Source: Chryseolinea sp.
GTDB lineage: Bacteria; Bacteroidota; Bacteroidia; Cytophagales; Cyclobacteriaceae
NCBI GenBank assembly: GCA_025923195.1
Contig: JAICGJ010000004.1
Span: forward strand, 12,610 to 76,609
Length of the DNA: 64,000 nt
Direction of reading: 5' to 3'
Shown one piece after another: positions 57,510 through 64,000 of the stretch. The notes under the pieces were generated by a model, which was given only the letters and a program-made list of their open reading frames with translations, was not told the origin of the DNA and did no database searches. Made by a program: the position numbers and the translations under genes. How positions within the stretch are numbered: the first letter of the stretch is position 1; each line of letters opens with the position of its first letter.

Positions 57510-57962
57510 ATGAAAGCTTTAAGTACTATCTCTGTAAAATATCTAATTCTATTGATTGCAATTTCTGTCCCCAGTGTTTCCTTTGGACAGCCAGACGAAG
57601 AGCAGGTTGCGCTGGCGATTGAACGTTTTAGGGTGGTCATGGTTAATCCCGACAGCCAGGTGCTTGCAGACCTTGCTTCCGATGATCTCGAGTACGTTCA
57701 CTCCAGTGGAACGGTGCGTGACAAGAAGGGATTCATTGATGAATTCATGCAAAGGTGGACCAATTTCACAAGCGTTACAATCCAAAATCAGACAATAAAG
57801 ATATCGGGCGACAATGCGATTGTTAGACATCGCCTGGTTGCTGAAGCAGATAATCCTGGGTATCCCTCAAGAGTTGATATCATTATTTTGATGGTGTGGA
57901 GAAAGGAGCAGGGAAAGTGGAAGATGCTGGCCCGCCAGGCAGCCAAAGTGCGCGAGAAATAA
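57510..57962 (+). CDS. NTF2-like (SnoaL/DUF4440) secreted protein
   Basis: Signal peptide. 150 aa with a typical DUF4440 layout (..DLEYVHSSGTVRDKKGFI.., ..WRKEQGKWKMLARQA). Confidence 0.65.
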   Translation: MKALSTISVKYLILLIAISVPSVSFGQPDEEQVALAIERFRVVMVNPDSQVLADLASDDLEYVHSSGTVRDKKGFIDEFMQRWTNFTSVTIQNQTIKISGDNAIVRHRLVAEADNPGYPSRVDIIILMVWRKEQGKWKMLARQAAKVREK

Positions 57963-58012
57963 AAAGTTAAAGAGTCGTAATTTGCATCGTGGATTAAATT
58001 TTTAGTTGGCAC

Positions 58013-60025
58013 ATGAATACCAAAATCCCTTGTACGGTTTTTTTCTTCGTTATGCTGACAGGTCTGGGTTGCTACGGTCAGGAGAGACGCAATAAGCATT
58101 ATCCCACCAATCAGGCTCCTCTGCTTGCCTTACCATATACTCCCCTGCCACTAGGTGCGATCAAACCGCGAGGTATGATGCTAGAGATGCTGGACCGGCA
58201 ACGCACCGGGCTGACGGGCCACTTGGATAGCGCATACCGTTTGGTCTGCGGGCCAGACAACGGTTGGCTTGGTGGCACCGGCGATGGGTGGGAGCGAGGT
58301 CCTTACTGGATCGATGGGCTGATTCCCCTTGCATATCTGCTCGATGATAAAATCTTGAAGGAAAAAGCACAAGCCTGGATTGAATGGAGTATCAAAAATC
58401 AGCGAGATGATGGATACTTTGGTCCGGTGCCATTGCAGGAGGGATATACCGTGATTAAGGGCACACAACAAGATAATCGCGAGGACTGGTGGCCAAAGAT
58501 GGTGATGTTAAAGGCCCTTCAGCAATATTATAGTGCGACCGGTGATAAAAGAGTACTCGGCCTGATGACCAACTATTTTCGCTACATGCTGGCCAAACTT
58601 CCCGGGCAGCCCCTCGATCGTTGGACCTACTGGGGAGCGCAGCGAGGCGGGGATAATTTAGCGATTGTATACTGGCTTTATAACATTACCAAAGACAATT
58701 CCTTATTACAGCTCGGAGAACTGATTCACAAGCAAACATTCAACTGGACACAAATCTTCACTGACAATACATTGCGAAAACTTAATCCATTGCCCAATTT
58801 ACACTGTGTAAATGTAGCGCAAGGGCTTAAAGAGCCAGTTATCTACTATCAACAAAGCAAGGACAAAAGACACCGTGACGCGGTCAGGGAAGGACTATCG
58901 GCGATAAGGGATACACACGGATTTGTAAACGGAATGTATGGGGCTGATGAGCATATGCATGGCAACAACCCGACGCAAGGATCTGAGCTGTGCTCTGCGG
59001 TCGAAATGATGTTTTCTTTTGAGAGCATTTTGCCCATTACAGGCGATGTCTACTACGGGGACTATTTGGAAAAAATCGCTTACAACGTACTCCCTACTCA
59101 AATTAGCGATGACTTCATGCGCAAACAATATTTTCAGCAGGTCAACCAGGTCCTCATTACAAATGAAGGTCGGAATTTCTTTAATGACAACAATGGACAC
59201 CTTGTTTTTGGCACAACAAGCGGTTATCCCTGTTGTGTTACGAACATGCATCAGGCTTGGCCCAAGTTTGTACAGAATTTATGGTATGCTACTAGCGACA
59301 ACGGTGTTGCGGCTTTGGTGTACGGAGAATCGGAGGTTACAGTTAAAGTTGCTGATGGCCGAGAGGTAAAGATCGTGGAGGAGACATCCTATCCTTTCAA
59401 GGACGAAATCAGTTTCACCATACAAACAGAGCGACCGATCAAATTTCCATTTCATCTGCGGGTACCCCAGTGGTGTAAGTCACCTGTCATAAAAATCAAC
59501 GGCGAAAAGTCAGAGGTGCCAATACGTAACGGGGTAGCAGTGATAGACAGGACGTGGAATGAGAAGGACAACGTGGCCTTAACGTTGCCAATGGAGTTCT
59601 CCACGAGTGTCTGGTACAACGGTTCCATTGGTATCGAACGTGGACCGCTGGTATTCGCTCTAAGAATAAAGGAGGAATGGGTTGAGGTAAAAAAGGAAGG
59701 TTTTGACGATACATATTGGGAGGTAAGGCCGAAATCTTCTTGGAATTATTCCCTCGCCCGCAAGGATGTTGAGGAAAGAAATTTCGAGGTATCCCTCCGG
59801 GACGAGCTGGCAAGTTATCCCTGGAATTCCGAAAATGCGCCGATAGTAGTAAAGGCCAGGGGATACAAGGTTGCGAACTGGACGATTGTAAATGGACAGA
59901 CCGGGATGCTTCCATCCCCCGGGGGACCATCAGAGCAGGTAAAAGACACGGAAAGCGTGGAAATCGAACTCATACCTTATGGCTGCTCAACGTTAAGGAT
60001 TTCCCAGTTCCCGGTGTTGCGGTAA
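58013..60025 (+). CDS. Glycoside hydrolase family 127-like (beta-L-arabinofuranosidase, DUF1680)
   Basis: About 670 aa with a signal peptide. GSELCSAVEMM (E-x-C) and SGYPCCVTNMH (CC) correspond to the GH127 Zn/Cys catalytic-site pattern. Confidence 0.7.
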   Translation: MNTKIPCTVFFFVMLTGLGCYGQERRNKHYPTNQAPLLALPYTPLPLGAIKPRGMMLEMLDRQRTGLTGHLDSAYRLVCGPDNGWLGGTGDGWERGPYWIDGLIPLAYLLDDKILKEKAQAWIEWSIKNQRDDGYFGPVPLQEGYTVIKGTQQDNREDWWPKMVMLKALQQYYSATGDKRVLGLMTNYFRYMLAKLPGQPLDRWTYWGAQRGGDNLAIVYWLYNITKDNSLLQLGELIHKQTFNWTQIFTDNTLRKLNPLPNLHCVNVAQGLKEPVIYYQQSKDKRHRDAVREGLSAIRDTHGFVNGMYGADEHMHGNNPTQGSELCSAVEMMFSFESILPITGDVYYGDYLEKIAYNVLPTQISDDFMRKQYFQQVNQVLITNEGRNFFNDNNGHLVFGTTSGYPCCVTNMHQAWPKFVQNLWYATSDNGVAALVYGESEVTVKVADGREVKIVEETSYPFKDEISFTIQTERPIKFPFHLRVPQWCKSPVIKINGEKSEVPIRNGVAVIDRTWNEKDNVALTLPMEFSTSVWYNGSIGIERGPLVFALRIKEEWVEVKKEGFDDTYWEVRPKSSWNYSLARKDVEERNFEVSLRDELASYPWNSENAPIVVKARGYKVANWTIVNGQTGMLPSPGGPSEQVKDTESVEIELIPYGCSTLRISQFPVLR

Positions 60026-60152
60026 CCGACTCAGTTTGCCATGCTTAAAAATCATTTTTATAGGATTTGAATTTCGCGTAACTTATTACGAAGGATAATC
60101 GCAACGCAATAAGTACCTGGTATTGGGTTTTTTTTTAAGTAACATTGGTTAT

Positions 60153-60851
60153 ATGGAAAGAAAGGAATTTATTAAGCAATTAGGGTTTGGTAGTCTGTTA
60201 CTTCCTTTATTGGCCACTAGTGGAAACGTTTTTGATAACCAATTAGGCGCAGGGATGACCTCAGAAAACTGCGCGTCGACACCAAGAGCCACAGCTGGCC
60301 CATTTCCTACAAAGAGTCCATCCAACGTGGTGATGACTGATATTCGTTCCGATAGAGCTGGTGTTGAAATGGATATAAAAATTATTGTTCAGAATAAGAA
60401 TGATAACTGTGCTCCTGTTCGTGGTGCGCTTGTGGATATATGGCATTGCGATAAAGATGGATATTATTCTGAATATGGAGGAACAGGCATGCAGTCCGTT
60501 AATTATCAGAAGCTTCATTTCTTACGCGGCAGACAGACAACTGATGCCCGTGGAACGGCCTCGTTTAAGAGCATATTTCCGGGCTGGTACGGAGGGCGGG
60601 CACCGCACATTCATGTTCACATTTATGATTCGACAGGAAAGTCACTGCTGGTGACGCAGATTGCCTTCCCCACCGATGTCTGTAATACAGTCTATACAAA
60701 GGCCACACAATTTTATACAAGAGGATTACAAGATACTCCCAACGATTCCGACTTTGTATTTTCGCATAATTGGAGAGACCTGCTAAGTACTGTGACAGGA
60801 AGTATTAGCGATGGATTTGTTCTGACCGATGAGATTGTTGTCAGCGCTTAG
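60153..60851 (+). CDS. Intradiol ring-cleavage dioxygenase-like protein (secreted)
   Basis: Tat/Sec-like N-terminus MERKEFIKQLGFGSLLL. VDIWHCDKDGYYS and GWYGGRAPHIHVHI motifs belong to the intradiol dioxygenase core. Confidence 0.65.
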   Translation: MERKEFIKQLGFGSLLLPLLATSGNVFDNQLGAGMTSENCASTPRATAGPFPTKSPSNVVMTDIRSDRAGVEMDIKIIVQNKNDNCAPVRGALVDIWHCDKDGYYSEYGGTGMQSVNYQKLHFLRGRQTTDARGTASFKSIFPGWYGGRAPHIHVHIYDSTGKSLLVTQIAFPTDVCNTVYTKATQFYTRGLQDTPNDSDFVFSHNWRDLLSTVTGSISDGFVLTDEIVVSA

Positions 60852-60854
60852 TTC

Positions 60855-61535
60855 ATGGCTTCTGAATCTGTGATCTATTTGGGAGATGAGCGGGGAATTA
60901 CGCGATCTTCATCTTACGAAAGTTTCCACACTTTTAATTTTGGATCCTATCAGAAAGAATACCGTAATCCGTTCATGGGACTCACAGTCTTTAATGAAGA
61001 TATGCTGAAACCTCGATCGATGTTAACCTATTCGGTGCCCGAAAATTATTTCGTGTTTGTACTTCCTGTGGTTGGTGGAATAGAATTCAAAATAAAAGAA
61101 AATGACTCCATCACATTCATTGAAGCCGGTCAACAATTAATCATCAATGTGAAGGAGGCGTCACAACTAATACTTGTGAATCCCTATCAAACGGGCTCCG
61201 TAAGTTTCATCTGTTGTTGGTTCAGAAGGGAACGAACTGGGAGTGATACACACGCGATTTCTTCTTTTGATTTGGAGGGATCTCAGAATAAGCTCGTATG
61301 TCTTTTTTCAACTGAAGTGGTAAAAGCCCACTTGGGGAAATTTGCTGGACGTCAGGATTTTGTTTTGAAACTGGACAAAGATCATTCGAGCATTTTTGCA
61401 TTTGTTATCGAAGGCGCATTCGAATTTCAGAATAGACTTCTCCAGCCAAAGGATGCACTGAGCATAAATAGTGTTTTGGAGGTTGAATTTGAAGCACTAT
61501 CAAATGGTGCGATTGTACTGATTTTCGAATTGTAG
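60855..61535 (+). CDS. Pirin-like bicupin protein (metal-ligand His residues not evident)
   Basis: N-terminal ..ERGITRSSSYESFHTFNFGSYQKEYRNPFMGLTVFNEDML.. parallels the pirin/YhhW N-terminal pattern. Confidence 0.45.
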   Translation: MASESVIYLGDERGITRSSSYESFHTFNFGSYQKEYRNPFMGLTVFNEDMLKPRSMLTYSVPENYFVFVLPVVGGIEFKIKENDSITFIEAGQQLIINVKEASQLILVNPYQTGSVSFICCWFRRERTGSDTHAISSFDLEGSQNKLVCLFSTEVVKAHLGKFAGRQDFVLKLDKDHSSIFAFVIEGAFEFQNRLLQPKDALSINSVLEVEFEALSNGAIVLIFEL

Positions 61536-61594
61536 AATGGGTGTGTTATAATCCTTCATTCCCGTATGCCGGTACACTGCGGCTGGTGTAATAT

Positions 61595-62161
61595 TTACCT
61601 GGTTTGTTCCAACCCTCGGATTACTCGGCATGGATTACCTGCCGCGAAAACATCCGCGGGAATGTCTTTTGTTACCACGCTGCCCGCACCGATCACGCTG
61701 CGATCGCCAATCGATACGCCAGGGCAAATCACTGCGCTACCACCTACCCAAACGTCCTCTCCGATTGCGATCGGTTTCGCATACTCAAGTCCGGAGGCTC
61801 GCACTTTAAAATCGATCGGATGTGTTGCAGTATAGATCTGGACGTTAGGTCCGAACAGTGACCTGCTTCCGATAGTAACATGCGTAACATCGAGAACGAC
61901 GCAATTGAAGTTGAAGAAAACCTTGTCTCCAACTCTCATGTTTGTTCCGTAGTCACAATAGAAAGGTGGTTGCAGCCAGAGTCCTGCTCCTGCATGGGGA
62001 ATGAGTTCCTTTAGTATTAATGTCCTTTCTTCTACTTCATCCTCGCGGGTATCATTGAGTCTTTTGATCAGAAGTCTCGTCCTCAACCTCTCATCGGAAA
62101 GTTGCTTGTCAAGCGCATCATATAATTCGCCTGCAAGCATTTTTTCTTTTTCAGTTCTCAT
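61595..62161 (-). CDS. maa: Maltose/galactoside O-acetyltransferase (hexapeptide-repeat)
   Basis: N-terminal MRTEKEKMLAGELYDA..D..L..ER (Mac domain) and left-handed beta-helix repeats (IGEDVWVGGSAVICPGVSIGDRSVIGAGSVV). Confidence 0.88.
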   Translation of the reverse strand: MRTEKEKMLAGELYDALDKQLSDERLRTRLLIKRLNDTREDEVEERTLILKELIPHAGAGLWLQPPFYCDYGTNMRVGDKVFFNFNCVVLDVTHVTIGSRSLFGPNVQIYTATHPIDFKVRASGLEYAKPIAIGEDVWVGGSAVICPGVSIGDRSVIGAGSVVTKDIPADVFAAGNPCRVIRGLEQTR

Positions 62162-62228
62162 GATGTTGCATAATCAAATAAAGGGATAACAATATATTCA
62201 GTAAATGGCAACGAGGGCCATATTGATG

Positions 62229-64000
62229 TTACTTCACAACCTTCATCGTTCCCTGCATGGAATAAAAATGACCTGGGATTGTGCATACATAAGTATAATC
62301 TCCTGGCTTATCCGGCGCTATAAAGAAAATACTTTCGCTGGTGTGGGGCTGTAAAATATTCGTATGAAATAGTACCTTGGGAGTGTCGGGAACATAGTTT
62401 TTCTCCTCGCCCTTCAACCCTAACTTCATAGCTGTTTCTCCAACCTGAATGGCACTGCCGGGGAGCACAACTACAAAGTTGTGAAGCATGTCGTCATTGT
62501 TGTTAAAAACAACCTGGACTTTGCTTCCGGCTTTCACTTGAAATTGTTCCAAACTGAACTTCAGACCAGGCTTTGTTCCCATGGTGATGGTATGATCTGG
62601 CGCTCCCCACGCAGCAGGTTTTTTGGTGGTTCGTTTGGCTAAAGTTTTCGGAGCGGAGGTTGCCGCGACTTTTGGCGGGACTGGCTTCTTCTCGACGGGT
62701 TTCGACATACTCGCATGGTCATGTTTTGGAGCCGCAAATACAATGTTTAATTTTTCTCCATCAGGAATGGCGTTGAGCGTATAGTAGCCAGTGTGATGAA
62801 GAAGCGGTTTTCCATTTGCCGCCTTTACACCCTCCGCTATTATTTCATGAATGTATCCAAGGCGTAAACTATCTACGACAAGGCGTGCCTTTAATCCATC
62901 CTTCGACACCACAACGCCGCGAACAGGGCATTGTTTACTGTTGATAACAGGGCTTCCGTAAGTTGAATGATACTTATAATTGAAACCTGTCACTTTATAC
63001 GAATCGGGATTTCGCGCAAGCGCTGTATCGACGGGCATCGTATATTCAATTTCAAAACCATCGGGCATCGCCCGAACCGTTTTCATTTCAAAGGGTATCT
63101 TTCCAGTCCAGGCCAGCCGTTGTATACTATATAGCTGTTGTCCTGTTGATGACCAACCACGGCTGGTCATACCTGCAAACAGAGACCCGTCATTGCCCCA
63201 GGTCAGCCTTAATATTCCGGATGAAAATCCTTCCCGGAACGCAAATACAACGCCTTGATATTCGCCTTTTATTTTTTCGAGCGCTACTCTCATGATCTTG
63301 CTCTGGCCCTGGTCTCCAACAAGCAGTTGGTTTTCGAACGGTCCAAATTTTCCCTTAGTGCTATCATAAACGAATCCTGAAGTTGAGATTCCAAATATTC
63401 CATGTGGCAACCATATGGCAGGAGCCTTTAACCCCTGCACTTCTTTTGCTACGTCGTACAACGGTCTCCCTGTACTTGGAATATCCTCCGGCTTTAACTT
63501 GACAGGTGAACCCGGAAGACTGGACCATTTAAGACCTTCTGCGTTTCCCGCAAAATCGCCTTTCTCAAGGTGCGTCATCCGCCCGGAGCCAACCCAATCT
63601 CCCTGATTTTCCGTATAGAACACATCGCCTTCAGGATTGAATCCATAGCCTGCAGGAGATCGAAGGCCTGCCGCAATTGGTGTCATTTTTCCATCAGGCG
63701 TAATTTCCAAAAGCCATCCTCTCCAGGGAGCGAGACTTACCCCGTGTCCGAGACTGTTGCTCCACCCAAGATTCAAGGTCACGAGCATGTTGCCGTTTGG
63801 CAGAAAAAGCGGTCCGTAAGAATATTCGTGGTAATTACCTGATAATGGCCATGAATAGACCTTGTCATACGAGTCTGCTATGCCGTCTTTATCGCTATCG
63901 CGCAATCGCGTCAGCTCGCTTCGTTGCGTTATATAGATATCACCATCCTTAACGGCAAGTCCAAGAGGTTCATGGAGCCCGTGAGCGAATCTCTTAAAAA
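62229..64000 (-). CDS. Beta-propeller (sGDH/DUF7133-like) protein fused to a C-terminal type-1-copper cupredoxin domain; 5' end lies outside the window
   Basis: The reading frame stays open through 63906-64000 (..HGLHEPLGLAVKDGDIYITQRSELTRL-RDSDKDGIAD..). The C-terminal region carries azurin-like ligands HNF ... CTIPGHFYSM. Confidence 0.75.
   Translation of the reverse strand, partial: FKRFAHGLHEPLGLAVKDGDIYITQRSELTRLRDSDKDGIADSYDKVYSWPLSGNYHEYSYGPLFLPNGNMLVTLNLGWSNSLGHGVSLAPWRGWLLEITPDGKMTPIAAGLRSPAGYGFNPEGDVFYTENQGDWVGSGRMTHLEKGDFAGNAEGLKWSSLPGSPVKLKPEDIPSTGRPLYDVAKEVQGLKAPAIWLPHGIFGISTSGFVYDSTKGKFGPFENQLLVGDQGQSKIMRVALEKIKGEYQGVVFAFREGFSSGILRLTWGNDGSLFAGMTSRGWSSTGQQLYSIQRLAWTGKIPFEMKTVRAMPDGFEIEYTMPVDTALARNPDSYKVTGFNYKYHSTYGSPVINSKQCPVRGVVVSKDGLKARLVVDSLRLGYIHEIIAEGVKAANGKPLLHHTGYYTLNAIPDGEKLNIVFAAPKHDHASMSKPVEKKPVPPKVAATSAPKTLAKRTTKKPAAWGAPDHTITMGTKPGLKFSLEQFQVKAGSKVQVVFNNNDDMLHNFVVVLPGSAIQVGETAMKLGLKGEEKNYVPDTPKVLFHTNILQPHTSESIFFIAPDKPGDYTYVCTIPGHFYSMQGTMKVVK

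Noticed and set aside
59496-59930. 144-aa minus-strand ORF
   Set aside because: It is antisense inside the GH127-like gene, with a Pro/Arg/Ser-rich shadow translation.
1-64000. Mobile genetic element, prophage, defence island, or tRNA/rRNA genes
   Set aside because: No transposase, integrase, recombinase, phage structural, restriction-modification or cas-like ORF is present. I recognised no tRNA-like T-arm/acceptor pattern and no rRNA sequence. The only repeat family is the short heptamer spacer type.

Overview
The window reads as a Bacteroidota-type chromosomal segment, judged from the protein families and signal peptides. It contains CarboxypepD_reg TonB-dependent receptors, a MacB/FtsX-type permease, many secreted or lipoprotein enzymes, and TTG starts. 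It is densely coding and mostly metabolic.

Content from left to right:
- (1) A phosphorus-scavenging trio: TonB-dependent receptor 3' end, an orphan PstS-like binding protein, and an NPP-type phosphodiesterase.
- (2) An ankyrin/beta-lactamase-fold multidomain protein, a BNR sialidase-like lipoprotein and a RibD_C/DHFR-family protein.
- (3) A predicted glycolate/2-hydroxyacid module: fused FAD/Fe-S dehydrogenase, LctP-family permease and a malate-synthase-like enzyme.
- (4) A cytochrome-c-fused PQQ-type dehydrogenase.
- (5) A second phosphorus module: PI-PLC-like phosphodiesterase, Tat-signal PhoX/DUF839, PAP2 phosphatase and a TonB receptor.
- (6) A same-strand lipid-modification-looking cluster next to a LuxR-type two-component system. 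It holds a fatty-acid-hydroxylase/sterol-desaturase-family protein fused to a TPR-like domain, a 3beta-HSD/epimerase-family protein, a CPBP protease and an SDR.
- (7) A complete 13-gene E. coli-type NADH:quinone oxidoreductase operon, nuoA-B-CD-E-F-G-H-I-J-K-L-M-N, on the minus strand with nuoC and nuoD fused.
- (8) ppk1, an FtsX permease, and VOC, MTHFR-like, NTF2-like, GH127-like, dioxygenase-like, pirin-like and Maa proteins, then a beta-propeller/cupredoxin fusion running off the right edge.

The most unusual signal is non-coding. Five intergenic spacers inside the nuo operon are filled with phase-locked 7-nt tandem repeats (GTTATCC, TAGTTAA, TAGTTTT and similar). Inverted heptamer arms flank them and a shared C-rich box lies between. 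These predict long imperfect hairpins that reach the next gene's start codon.

I saw no rRNA, tRNA, CRISPR array, transposase, integrase or recognisable defence system. All family calls come from motif reading only. No database search or numerical computation was run.
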